Assembly (NCBI GenBank): GCA_965203295.1
Contig: CBDBCZ010000009.1
Coordinates: 64,001-128,000 of the forward strand
Origin: Nitrospirales bacterium
GTDB lineage: Bacteria > Nitrospirota > Nitrospiria > Nitrospirales > UBA8639
Direction: 5' to 3'
Length of the DNA stretch: 64,000 nt
The notes below the pieces were generated by a model, which worked only from the letters and a program-made list of their open reading frames with translations, did not search any database and was not told the origin of the DNA. Position numbers and translations under genes: made by a program. Below, in pieces: positions 38,827 to 53,169 of the stretch (the stretch's first letter is position 1; each line of letters begins with the position of its first letter).

Positions 38827-39918
38827 TTATTGCACAAAAATCTCAATCAGTTCAATGGGAGTGTCCTCATGACCGATCCCCTCATCGCCACACATTCTCA
38901 ATTCAATATCGTCACTTGTAGGCTCAGTTAGAATTTTGCAAAAGTAGGGTGGATCATTCAGCTCGCAGCAAGTGCTTCCTGACCCACAGTCCTCTCCATC
39001 CCAGAGTGGGTCACCATCAGGGTAAAATAGACCAGCAGTCCAACCACCAGTAATTCCAGTCTCACAGAAGTAGTCCTGCCCCACGAAAGATGGAATGGAT
39101 TGCGTACTTTGACTACTGGTGCAAGGACAGACCCACTGAGAACTCAAACCAACATCCAGCTCCGTGATTGAAGCAGCAAATGTCCAAACATGCTCTTTCT
39201 CTGTTCCACGTGTGATAACCACTCCATCCACATAGGGGTCCTCTATTCTAGTGAAGCGTGAGAGGTTGTAGGCCCAAAATGCATCAGGGTGCCCAAGCTG
39301 GTAGCCTATTATTCTGCCACAAATACGAGAAAATGAGATGTTGTAAGTACTGAAAGAGACGGAGCTACAGCCACCGGATCCAAAGCCAGAATTTGGCACA
39401 GTTTCATTGGTTCTTCCACACGTTCTCACAGGCTCTGCGATCTCCCTCCATGCTGGTGGACACTGGTGGGTAGGGTCAGTCATGTTGAGGAAGGCCACAC
39501 GAGACCATCCTCCAACACTAGCACTGCTACAACTACACTCCCTGGTCATGTCGCAATAGACCTGAACAGCTGTTCCATTAGAGCTTGCGATCCAGTAGTA
39601 CTCTGACGGGATTTGGGGGTCGCACTGTGACACTTCAAGACAGGATGATGCCGGATTCTCCTGGTCTTGACCTCGACAACGTCTGTCAAAGATATTGCGA
39701 ACAGTGTTCAAAATTTCTTCATCAATTTCATCTCTGGCCATCTCCAGTTGCTCCTCAGGAGGGCAGACCTGCCCCCCTCCCTCCAGTACTGTAGCAGAGT
39801 AACTCACTGGTAGTGAGCTGTCGTCATGCTGGCTAGTCACACCTTCCTGGCATGAAGTGAGCTGAAGTTCAGCAGCTAGAACAAGTGCGAGAACTGTGTA
39901 CAAAACTTTACTCCTCAT
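38827..39918 (-). CDS. Secreted cysteine-rich protein, copy 3
   Basis: Intact paralogue closest to copy 2; ATG of MRSKVLY at 39918. Confidence 0.9.
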   Translation of the reverse strand: MRSKVLYTVLALVLAAELQLTSCQEGVTSQHDDSSLPVSYSATVLEGGGQVCPPEEQLEMARDEIDEEILNTVRNIFDRRCRGQDQENPASSCLEVSQCDPQIPSEYYWIASSNGTAVQVYCDMTRECSCSSASVGGWSRVAFLNMTDPTHQCPPAWREIAEPVRTCGRTNETVPNSGFGSGGCSSVSFSTYNISFSRICGRIIGYQLGHPDAFWAYNLSRFTRIEDPYVDGVVITRGTEKEHVWTFAASITELDVGLSSQWVCPCTSSQSTQSIPSFVGQDYFCETGITGGWTAGLFYPDGDPLWDGEDCGSGSTCCELNDPPYFCKILTEPTSDDIELRMCGDEGIGHEDTPIELIEIFVQ

Positions 39919-42900
39919 TGTGACCAAACAGCTTGTGTCCAACTATGTGAGAATGTGATCGTTGTGACTGGGACGTGCCTTATATACTCTAGAAATGGGA
40001 TATAAAGTACCAAATTAAGACACGTTCCAGTAGAGAGAGGAGGACATGTACAAATTAATTGATGGTGCCACTGAATACAGTACAGTGTGTGGCTGGCAAT
40101 TTATTTAATCAGTAGCTTTACTGGAGCACAAACACAGCAGCTGGAATGATACACACATTCAATTGCAAGAAATGCATTATGCATTCTAATAATAGTCACT
40201 TGATGAGGTAATGCTAACACTGTAGTAATAGGCACTGAATACCATGGCAAACTCCAGACTACCAATCAGACGTATTAGCCACCTTACAGCCTACAAGAAA
40301 TTAAATTAAGCCACGCATTAGCTCTTGTGATATTTTAAACTGCATTGAGGAGTCATAATTCATTACAGTCTGTAAATCTGGATATGACACGAGGCTTTTA
40401 GCACCCTCTTATTACGCTGTTCGCATTATACACTGCTAATACCTGTGTGTGTGTGTGTGGGGGGAGGGGGGTTATTAGGGAGAGAAAATAATAAAGAAAG
40501 GGCTGTGGCAGAGTTCTTGTCCATTACGTTATGAGTTACTGAGTTTATGGTTTGATTAGCTGTATTATGCACACATGCCTGGCCCAGTGATGTGTGAGGT
40601 CCACCATGGGCATATACATGCAGCTTATAGCTGTGACCTATCCCATCTGGTACCCTGTAGCTTAGTCTCATACCCAGATCCCAACCCTAACTTTATTCTG
40701 ATTTATAGACACACCTCCTCAGGAATCACAGCAGATTGAAATTGTGTGTATGGGAGGTGTTTCTTGTTGAAACTAAAATTAAACTTTTCTTCAGTATCAG
40801 ACTAAATCTAATTGGCTATGTAAAGCCACACTAAAAACACACTAGCTTATGTATTATGTCTGTAGCAGTTCACATCTTACAACCCACCTGTCTTTTATTG
40901 AGACGTGCTCAGTGGGCACATGAGCATGTCTGTAGTATTGAGTAGTATTGAGTTTAAGTGGACTTCGTGTAGAGCAATTAAGGAACACACACATTCATGT
41001 CAATCTCACGTGGATTTTTGGAGTATGAGCAATTTGGGAAAACATTCTAATACATTAGCAATGAAGTGGTTAGTCTGCACATCTCCCTCTCAGTCTGCCC
41101 TGTGGTGTCTGCTTCACTTAATAGTTCTGATTAGCATGGTACCACAGCTGGAAATAGCTACGTATAAATAGCTACATCACTTTCCCTGTAACTGAATTAC
41201 ATACTTTTCCTGTAACTCAATTTATGAGAATATAAATGCTCTAAGATAATATTTGAGATTTAGTTTATTACTATTCCTGTAACTGGGTTCCTGAGAATAC
41301 AATTTACACGCACACGCACACGCACACGCACACGCACACGCACACGCACACGCACACGCACACGCACACGCACACGCACACGCACACGCACACGCACACG
41401 CACACGCATATATTATATTATGTCTGTAAACACTACAGCAGTTCACATCTTACAACCGACCTATCTTTTATTGAGACGTGCTCAGTGGGTACGTGAGCAT
41501 GTCTGTAGTATTGAGTTTAAGTGGACTTCGTGTAGAGCAATTAAGGAACACACACACTCACATTGATTTTTGAAGTATGAGCAATTTGGGAAAACATTCT
41601 AATACATTAGTAACATTGCAATGAAGTGGTTAGTCTGCACATCTCCCTCTCATTCTGCCCTGTGGTGTCTGCTTCACTTAATAGTTCTGATTAGCATGGT
41701 ACCACAGCTGTACATTACTTTTCCTGTAACTGAATTACTTTTCCTGTAACTCAATTTATGAGAATATAAATGCTCTAAGATAATGTTTGAGATTTAGACT
41801 AGTAACTGTATTACTTTTCCTGTAACTGGGTTCCTGAGAATAAAATTTACACGCACACACGCACATGCACGCACGCGCACGCGCACACGCACACGCACAC
41901 GCACACGCACACGCACACGCACACGCACACGCACACGCACACGCACACGCACACGCACACGCACACGCACACGCACACGCACACGCACACGCACACGCAC
42001 ACGCACACGCACACGCACACGCACACGCACACGCACACGCACACACACACGCACACACACACACACACACACACACTACAATAGTGTGTGAGGCCCACAT
42101 GGTCATAATCATACCTGCAGCTAATTGCTGTGGTTTTTCCAATCAGGTGTCCTGTGTATGTACCATCTTAGTCTCATACCCAGATCCCATCCCTCACTAG
42201 ATGGTCTGCCAATTAACATTGCACGGGTAGCTCAGCCTTCATTAAACTCTTTCAGATAATTGATTAGAAATTTTGGGTGAAGCAACGTGCTATCGGCTCA
42301 ACGATCTCAGCTTGTGTACAACTGTTTTAGAGTGTGATTGTTGTGACTGGGACTTGCCTAGCTTATATACTCTAGGAATGAGATTAAAGTACCACCAAAT
42401 AAATTTTAAGTTCCAGTAGAGAGAAGTGGACATATACAAATTATTAGCTGGTGCCACTGAAGATTAAAACAGTAGAGCATGTGGCTGGCAATTTCTTCAA
42501 TCAGTAGCTTTACTAGAGCACACACACAGCAGCTGGAATGATACACATTCCTAAGATATTTATTCTCATGAATTCAATTACAGGAAAGCCACCACAAATT
42601 CTAATAATAGTCACTTGATGAGGTAATGCACCATAACTATCACTGTAGTAATTATAGGCACTGAATGCCATGGCAAACTCTAGGCTACCAGATGTATTAG
42701 CCACCTTACAGCTTACAAGAAATTAAAGTTAAGCCACCCAGTATCTCTTGTGGTATGTTAAACTGCATTGAGGAGTCACAGTCTGTACACTGCCAATCTG
42801 GATATGTCACGAGGACTGAAGGAAGGACAAGAGTTACATACTACACTTCAGCTTATTATGAACCACACTGTGTTGTTGGCCACATGGCCACATGGCCATG

Positions 42901-44495
42901 ATGAAATACCATTACCTGATTAGCTACAACAGGAAATTCCTATACAGTAGTCATAGCAACAACATGGTACACTGTAAATAGAACAGTTAGGCTCTTGTGG
43001 ACCTGCTGGTGAGGTATAATGAAAATAGTGTGAGAGGTGTTCTTGATTGCCTACCTCATGATGGCTTCCACTAGCACCTTATTACTGTACCTGTGGTGTC
43101 TCCACTCCGGCTCATTATGGCCAATTCATCACTCTCTCACATTTGCGCATTTTACACTGCTGATGCCTCATTACCAGACCAACTTTCATTCTGAATACTG
43201 TAGAATGTATGATTTCTACATCTACTGTATATATATGAAGTTACAGAAAAAGCACTTTGCCAACACTGCTCGTGTAGGGACGCACTTCCACCCAAAAAAC
43301 TATTCCCCAAACACCAATGGTCACGCCTTTTTTATACGGCAATTGGTTGCGCCTACAGCTTGAATACGGACATACGCGAGCGCTCGAGTATGATACGAAT
43401 CTTTTATTCAACATGGAGCTTATAGAAGATATAGAAAGCATACTGGAGTATACGCAGAGAAACACCCGTGTCATTACTACAGCAATCAGCCACGCCAACA
43501 GCTTGCATACGGCGTTACATGAACACGATCTACATGCTGTTTCCAGTCTGCAGGGTCCAGGAGCGCCACCTGGTGCCATGTGGTCTGCTGGAAATATCAG
43601 AGTGATTTCATTGGACTTTCTTATTGTCTTTACATTCCATGTCACAGCAGCTGTTACCAGTGTCCTAATTTAGGGATCTCAGTCAGAATCAATGAAAATA
43701 GTGTGAGAGGTGATCTTGATTGCCTACCTCATAATGGCTTCCACTAGCACCATACAAATGAGGTGTCTTCACTCTTGCTCATCATAGCCATTTGTTTCTA
43801 TTTATCACTCTCTCACATTTGCGGCCACTTTTTACAGTACACAGTACAAGTGTGTGTTCGGTGTGATGTTATATATTCCACTGCCACCCTCATGCAGGGA
43901 GAAAGACGAAGACCTCTACCTCGACAAGGTCAGCAAGTCCTTTGACCCCGGCCAGGTGTCACTGCTGTCGGCAACACACTTCTCTCAGACTGGGAGCAGC
44001 GTACCAGGTCAGTGGCTGCTAGTGTACCACTGGGTAGCCCAAAGGCTGAAACTCACAGTGTGGTGGTCATTGAATGCGTGCTCCTGTAATAGTGTATACA
44101 TACATGTATATATTGAGAGAAAAATGAGTATGAAAATACAGGATTTGTGCAGGCAACATGCACGTTCACAGCTGTATGTTCTTATTAAATTCTTGGCAGA
44201 TTGAAAGCCACTTGTGTTTTTAGCAGGTGACTCAAAGAAGCCTATTGTAGGTGGATTATATTATGAGTATAGTAGACTGGGTCCCGTTTGTAGAATGTAG
44301 TGCAAGGTATGTCTCTGCTAGAGACTTCTAGTTTGAAAAGTTCCTGGGTGGTGTTTAGACATGACATGTCAGACTTGTTAAGTAGACACAAATGTACCTG
44401 AGGTTGAACAGAGTCATGTACCACCGTGTCACAGGTAGGGCAGTTCTTGCTTGTTAGATATAAATCTTTTTATGCTGTCAATGACGCCCATGCAC

Positions 44496-44611
<116 letters not shown>

Positions 44612-45262
44612 GAAATATTGGGGGGGAATAATAAACAGGCTATGGCAGGGTACTTGTCCATTACTTGATGAGTTATTAAAACAGTGAGTTTATGTTTTGA
44701 TTAGTTTGTTAGTTGTATCATGTAGTAGAATGATCCATGAAATTAGTTTTATCTAAATAGTTGTAGTTTTCCATGTTGCTGGTCATCAGGGGAGTTCCCA
44801 GACTGATTATCATGGCTGGGTTAGGGTTGTCTACTGGTAATTTTGTGTTTTAGTACGTTTTATGGCTACAATAATAATTGCCGCCATTGCTCTATACCTG
44901 GCTGGCTCGTAGTTGCATATTTGTAAGTACTGTAAAGGATATCGTTTTCTCCAATTTCTTTGCCACACTGAAGTCTTACCTATCTTCTCTTTTATCTAGT
45001 TTTGGATAATAAAGACATGCATATCATTAGTGTTTAATAGATATTGCTGTAAATATTCTATTTTGTAGATACACTTATCATACTGTAATTTTCCCTAGTA
45101 GCTGAAACTTGAGCTTTGCTTGAGTTTCACACTTACATCATGCTGACCTTGTAGGGCTTGCTGTGTGGTTTGGTGTGTTCTTGGTCAGAGTAGGCATGCA
45201 TGTGCATTTCTACAGGAAGCAGGTACATGTATAGATCTTACTCTAAGGTGTTTAGGAGTCAA

Positions 45263-45997
<735 letters not shown>

Positions 45998-46346
45998 TGT
46001 GTGTTTGTGTGTGGAGGGAGTGGAACAAAAATGCAGAAATCACATTTAATTTAGTGATAATTAATTTACTCATTGCTAATGTTCTTTCCGCATTCTTGAT
46101 TGCTCCCTCCACACACACACACACAAATGATGAGTGAAGCCCACCATGAGCATATGCAGTTTATAACTGTGAATGTCCCATCTGGCAACCGGAGAGAAAT
46201 TAGCTAAAAGTGGACCAAATCTTTTTACACGAATCCATATAACTCCACAATCACATAGGCTGTCACATGACTGTAGAATTACTGCACATCCATGCCGTTG
46301 AAATATCCCAATGCTTTTGCGGTACACAGGACCATGTATGCATGCA

Positions 46347-46399
<53 letters not shown>

Positions 46400-49300
46400 A
46401 CACACGTGTGTACATAATTGCAATTTGCAGTTACCACATGCCCATGGCAGATTAATGAAAACTTATATGGCCGACGTAAAATCGTGTACAAGGTCCCCAA
46501 GGTGTCCACATTAGAGTGGTTCCAATGTATATAACTGCCTGAGTGCGTGATTACTTCACTGTATTGTAAACCAGCATACAGCCTGCCCACTCAAAGCCAT
46601 GTGGGTAGATGGGCAATGGCCTGATTAGCTATGTACAACAGGATATTTTTATACAGTAGTCACGGCAACCATATGGTGCAATGTAAACAGAAGTTAGACT
46701 CATACTTGTCCAGAGGAGGTATGTGGTTTTCACCAGTAGGTTCATATTGGTGTAGAATGACCAATCTCAACATGTTCCCCAAAAATAAAGTTCATTGGAC
46801 AGCTGGTTAGCAACAGTTTTTTTTTTGCATCAGGACTATCCACCAATAATGGTGCAGGGGATATTGTATTGGTATGCATTTATAACCTCCAATTGTTTTA
46901 TATAATAAACTCGTTATAGTTAATTAAAGTTGAAAGTTTAGAGCTACAATTCTATCCCATTCTATCCCATCCCATCCCATCCCACTTATCCCATCCCAAT
47001 CCTACAATCTTACCGTGTTGTTACCATGGTTATTGTGTAGGAATTTGCTGTTGTTGCTATCCCATCCTCAGTGCCCACTCACCCCTCAATGCCCTCCATT
47101 CACCTCATACACAACTACATGTGTGAAGGGAGTGGATCAAAAATGCAGAAAGCGCACGCTATTAATTTACTCATTGCTAATGTTCTTTCCGCATTCCTGA
47201 TTACTCCCTCCGGACACACACACAAAATGATGGCACCATGACCGTACACATGCTTCATAGCCAGGAAAGCAGAGAGAGGCCTACTGAAAACAAACTCCAG
47301 ACCATAGGGGTAGCCAGGCGTAAGAAAGCACCAGATACCACAGTGCAGAGGGAGATCATGCAGACCCATTGTCCCATTGTTCAAGCTTCATACACAGTTG
47401 GTTACATTGGCTACATCATATTTCCATTGATAACGCACACACACACTCGCCCCACAATCCTGCATTAACCTAGTACAATGAAACCCCTCTTAAAGGACAT
47501 CCCTGAATAAGGACACCTCTCGATCTATACAGGACACTTCACAAGGTCCCCAAGTTGTCCACATTAGAAGGGTTCCACTGAATACAACTTCCCGAGAGCA
47601 TGATTACTTCACTCTGTTGCAAACCAGCATACTACCCTGCACAGCCTGCCCACTTAAAGCTATATTATATTGTGGGTAGAATGGCAATGGCCTGATTAGC
47701 TACAATAGAAATTTTTTACAAGTAGTTGTGCTCGCTTCGCTTGCTCTGTACAGATAGAAATGAAAAGTATCACCTCCCTAACGTCTATGGAACACAAATG
47801 ATGAGTGAAGCCCACCATGAGCGTATGCAGTTTATAACTGTGAATGTCCCATCTGGCAACCGGAGAACGAAACTATATTGATAACAGAACTTACCCAAAA
47901 ATGAACCAAACTGTAATGCCTTGTGGCAGTGAGGGAGTGATTAGGTTTTGAAGTCCTCTTCTGAAAGGAGGTGGTCACTTCTTGATTACACTAGCGTGGT
48001 AATTAGTGATCAGACACGTGAAGTTGAAGAGGCAGAAGATGGAGCGCGAGCTCATGAGGCTGCGGCACTATTCCAGGAGTGTGGCACAGGTGAAGAACCA
48101 TGCTATAAATTATACCGTATAGCGGGAAAATTTGGCAAGCATTAAATTTGGTAATAATGGCCATTAATTAATACTGGCGGAATTTAAATTTGGCAATTTG
48201 TACAGCGTATGATGTAATCTTAATTTAGCACAATATGCATTCAGCGCACGCATTCCTGATCACTCCCTCCTGACACACGCACAAAATGATGGCACCATGA
48301 CCGTACACATGGTTCCTAGTCAGGAAAGCAGAGAGAGGCCAGACTACACTGTACTGAAAACAAACTCCAGACCATAGGGGTAGCCAGGTAAGAGTGAAAG
48401 AAAGCACCAGATACCACAGGGCAGAGGGAGATAATGTCCCATTGTCCTATTTTTCAAGCTTCATACACACTGGCTACATCATATTTCCATTGATAATGCA
48501 CACACACACTCGCCCCACAATCCTGTCATGTTTAGAGTTGATATCCTCACACTGTAAAAATAAATGGATTGCTTTAACCCAGCTAAGGCTACGTATCTCA
48601 GTTGCAGGTTTATCCATGTGTACATGTAATTGTCTACAAGTACACATCAGTTGTGTGCTAATAATAACGAGAAACATGTGTTCTTGACGCATACACATTT
48701 GTAGCAACAGCAGGTTGCAAGGTAAACTACAGAATGGGCTAGGGAGATGGAGGAGTAATTCCACCAAATCCCTAGTTCATATGCATACTCCCAGTCTGAT
48801 GGTCCACACTAATTGCATTCCTATTAAAATTAAACCTCTTCCTTATTGCTACAATAATACCGTCTAGTTCATGAAGCAATAGCTAATGCACAATTTAAAA
48901 GCACTTTGCCAAAAAGTACAAAAACAAGTCGTGTATGGATGCACTTCCACCAATGAAACAAGCGACAATGCACACCGCAATGCATGCGCAAACTACCCAC
49001 ACATCATAGCGCAATGCATTTACCACGTAGCTACCATCCCTACATCTTTCCAACCACACCCACCACAATCGTGTGTATATGAGATGTGAATAGTGGTAGT
49101 GTAATTTGGTGTGTGTGTATTGCTAATGACTGTGTATGTTGGTGGTTGTGAAAGGTAGCTAAAAGTGTTGATTGTGTACATGTTGGACTAGTGAGTCATT
49201 GATGGTGGAGTTATTAGTGTTTGCGTAGGGACCTTGGTAGTGTTTGGTTGTACATGGTTGAGTGTTTTGTAGTTTTGTGAGTGTGTTGTGAGATGCTTGT

Positions 49301-49440
49301 ATGTGCAGGTTCTTTGTAGGGAGGTCTATGTGGGTGTGTTTGGTAAAGTGTAGATTGAGTGTTGTCAACTTTGTTGAGTGTGTTGTATTGGGCTGCAGTT
49401 ATATATAATTTAATTGATTAAACATTGCTGCATTGCTGCA

Positions 49441-50164
49441 TTAATTCATTAGTATGGGAATAGTTACATGAGCAATAGGCAAGGTAATTACATGAGCGAA
49501 GCGAGTGCAATTTTGCCTATTGCAAATGCAATTATCCCCAAATAGCACGAGAATACTTGTGATTCCATGTTAATCACATATCATCACAGCTCCTATAGCT
49601 ATAACTTTTGTTGACGAAACAAGTCTGACATTTCATGTCTAAAAAACCAGCCGGATGCCTTTCCCGTACAATACACACAACTCAGCTTAGGCCGAGCTAC
49701 TAAACTACAGCTGTAGAGCCAGAGAAACTATATTCCTAGAGCGGTACAGCGAAAGTGCTGACTCAGCAGTTTCGTCATGCACCTCCAGTTAGTAGCTATA
49801 TGCCAAGAAACCAGGATCTTCACGGCTACCTACCACGTTTTCGCCATCTAGACAACACAAAACTACCTTCATTTGCTGTAGCTTGGCCTGCAAACCTCCA
49901 AACGCTGCTGTACACTGCAGTTGCATAGTAACGTATGACGTAATATATTGCGCACGTGATAAGTGCGGATGCACAAACATACAAACAGACAAACAAACAA
50001 ACAGACGCGGAAAACGTAAAGCAATCTTAGTACCAGCCGTTAGCGCGCTGTGCGCGCTCCAGCTGGTAAAAAGTGTGCAATTACAGAAAGTGTGTAATTA
50101 TGGTAATAATCGCACACTTGTCTATAGGGGTAAATGTACTGTTACTAATATGCCATGTGATTAA
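49441..50164. mobile_element. Hairpin + IR element (older copy) carrying a nested Helentron-like insertion
   Basis: Hairpin core GAgcGAAgcGA(49494-49504); IRs ttaatcacat(49570-79)/atgtgattaa(50155-64); absent from the paralogue at ~36630-36660. Confidence 0.65.
49620..50069 (-). mobile_element. Second copy of Helentron-like family B
   Basis: Highly similar to 35585-36026 but with different flanks. Confidence 0.8.
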
Positions 50165-50793
50165 ACATTGTTATAGTTCCAGATATTGTACTACCGTGGC
50201 TACTACATATAATACGAATAGTAATTCCAGAACCACCAGACCCAACCCCCTCACAACAGTTACTCTAGCCACCATCCTCACTGGTTCAGCCACTGATATC
50301 CTGTGGCTAATAATAAGTACCCAAACTCCTATAGACAAACATTGCAGTGTGACATCTAGCTATAAGTTGTGGAAAAATGAATAATAGTACACAATTGATT
50401 GGTACATTCCACATGAACCCACTGCTATGGACTTTTTACCCACCCAAGGATACCTGTGACCAAGTGTATTTACAAAAGCGCTTCGGCATCTTGACTTTAG
50501 AAGTTTGTCGTTAAAAAAATCTGATAATGACAAACAAGAGAAACAGCTACACCAACAAATGGGTTAACACTAGAGTAGTAACTCTCACAGACTGCAGTAT
50601 AAAACGAAGGGACCGTAAAAAAAAATATTGAGCCAAGGGCCAGCCCAACCCATGACAGGGAAAAAACTATGGTGCAATGTGAGGAAAAAAACTGAGACAG
50701 TTGAAAACCCTCACCATAGAAAAACCCAAGATATTAAAAATTACAACACACTACTGTAGCTACATATAATGTATAACACTACCGGTAAAGTAA

Positions 50794-51897
50794 TTATTGC
50801 ACAAAGATCTCAATCAGTTCAATAGGAGTGTCCTCATCTGAAAGTGCCTGATTGGCACATATTCTCACTTCAATATCGTCAGTTGTAGGCTCAGCTACGC
50901 TTTTACAAAAGTACGGTGGACCATTCAGCTCGCAGCAAGTGCTTCCTGACCCACAGCCCTCTCCATCCCAGAGTGGGTCACCATCAGGGTAAAATAGACC
51001 ATTAGTCCAGCCACCAGTAATACCAGTCTCACAGAAGTAGTCCTGCCCCAAAAACAAAGGAATGGATTGTGTACTTTGACTATTGGTGCAAGGACAGACA
51101 TACCGAGAATACTGAGAATTCGAATCCTGCTCCGTGAGTGCACCCGCAAATGTCCAAACATGCTCTTTCTCAGTTCCACGTGTGACAACCACTCCATCCA
51201 CATAGGGGTCCTCTATTCTAGTGTGCAAAGAGTTAGTGTAGGAGGCAAATGCATCAGGATGCCCAAGCTGGTACCCTATAATTCTGCCACAAATGTGAGA
51301 AAATGGAATATTGCAAGTACTGAAAGAGACTGAGCTGCAGCCACCACTACCCACAGTATCATCAGAGTTTGACACAGTTTCATTGGTTCTTCCGCACGTT
51401 CTCACGGGCGTTGTGATCTCCCTCCATGCTGGAGGGCACTGGTGGGTAGGGTCAGTCATGTTGAGGTAGGCCACACGAGACCATCCTCCAACACTAGCAC
51501 TGCTACAACTACACTCCCTGGTCATGTCGCAATAGACCCGAACAGCTGTTCCATTAGAGCTTGTGATCCAGTAGTGCTCTGACGGGAGTTGAGGGTTGCA
51601 CTGTGACACTTCAAGACAGGATGACGCCGGATTCTCCTGGACTTGACCTGGACAGTGTCCATCAAGGATATCATTGCGAACAATGTTCAAAACGTCTTCA
51701 GCAATTTCAGCTCTGGCCATCTCCAGTTGCTCCTCAGGAGGACAGACCTGCCCCCCTCCCTCCAGTACTGTAGCAGAGTAACTCACTGGTAGTGAGCTGT
51801 TGTCATGCTGGCTAGTCACACCTCCCTGGCATGAAGTGAGCTGAAGTTCAGCAGCTAGAACGAGTGCGAGAACTGTGTATATAACGTTACTAGTCAT
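50794..51897 (-). CDS. Secreted cysteine-rich protein, copy 4
   Basis: Intact 367-aa paralogue with signal peptide and all conserved motifs. Confidence 0.9.
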   Translation of the reverse strand: MTSNVIYTVLALVLAAELQLTSCQGGVTSQHDNSSLPVSYSATVLEGGGQVCPPEEQLEMARAEIAEDVLNIVRNDILDGHCPGQVQENPASSCLEVSQCNPQLPSEHYWITSSNGTAVRVYCDMTRECSCSSASVGGWSRVAYLNMTDPTHQCPPAWREITTPVRTCGRTNETVSNSDDTVGSGGCSSVSFSTCNIPFSHICGRIIGYQLGHPDAFASYTNSLHTRIEDPYVDGVVVTRGTEKEHVWTFAGALTEQDSNSQYSRYVCPCTNSQSTQSIPLFLGQDYFCETGITGGWTNGLFYPDGDPLWDGEGCGSGSTCCELNGPPYFCKSVAEPTTDDIEVRICANQALSDEDTPIELIEIFVQ

Positions 51898-52437
51898 TGT
51901 GGCTAAACAGCTTGTGTCGAACTATACCAGAATGGGATACTTTGTGACTGGGAACTGCACTCTTATAAACTCTTTGTATGGAATGTAATTCCTTAACATG
52001 TAATATGTGACCTAGTCTAATTGTTTACTCTTCTGTCTGGAACTGAAAATCAATTACTAGTCAAGCGGTGTCATTGATCTGCTTGTATGCACATTGTTTG
52101 GTAGCGAACTTGAAACTGAGACAATCCTAAAGCGATCATTGTTTATGCTCTGTGTAACTACTTGTAATAATTATCTCATATTCAACATTCCTGATGAAAT
52201 TATTTATAACTCCATAATCATTCTTGTAGGTTGTACATGTATGTGTGTTTGTGGGAGTAGTTATTCCTACAACTGGATAGCTACACAATTCCTTAATATA
52301 CACACTGCCAAGTACATGTTTAAACATACGTATGGCAAGAAAAGGGGCATGTCAGGATTAAAAATGCAGGGTGAAATTAACTGTATCAGTATAATTGTTG
52401 TGTGAAACTACAGGTACTCTCAATGCTGTACACTACT

Positions 52438-52624
52438 GCAAATAGTGTTCAGAACATCTTCGTCAGTTTTAGTTCTAGCCATCTCTTGTTGCTCCTCTGG
52501 AGGACAAACCTGCCCCCCTCCCTACTGTAGCAGAGTCATGCTGACTAGCTAGCTGCACCAAGTTCCTGGCAAGGATCAGCAGCTAAAATGAATACAAGAA
52601 CTGTGTACAATGTTTTCTACTCAT
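52438..52624 (-). pseudogene. Decayed 5' fragment of the secreted-protein gene
   Basis: Recognisable ATG, signal peptide and GGQVCPPEEQ.EMART segment with several deletions; TATA at ~52687. Confidence 0.8.
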
Positions 52625-53025
52625 TACGGGTAAACAGCTTGTGTCCAACTACATGAGTGTGATACTTTGTGACTGGAACTGTATGCCTTATATACGTACG
52701 TACAGCTGGTGTGTATGCATGCATTTTTTCAGAAAACCCATGCATTGAACAGAGGAAGTAACTACATTGTAAATAGGCTACTATCAGTAGCCATGTTAGC
52801 TTCTAGTAGCCTAGCTTGCGCCAACAAGGGGCAGTTTCTGTTAGCATCCATGAGTGGTAAAGAATGAAGCCTGGTGCCCATGTAATAATTTAGTGGAGAC
52901 AACTCACATTATGTGTAGGCCTGTTGGGTGTGCAGAGGAGTGAAAAAAAGTCTACTGTAGGGGAATAATAGCATAATTATAGTAGACTACACGTAAGACA
53001 AACCAGTAAGTAGGTAAATCTCTTA

Positions 53026-53169
<144 letters not shown>

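Noticed and set aside
47912..48110. TG-starting unique segment as a solo LTR
   Set aside because: No matching CA end, TSD, PBS or second copy visible.
49159..49400. Possible decayed Penelope RT fragment (LHFTKHTHID; also KLFP..PMV near 43295)
   Set aside because: Resemblance is only a few residues; needs a profile search.
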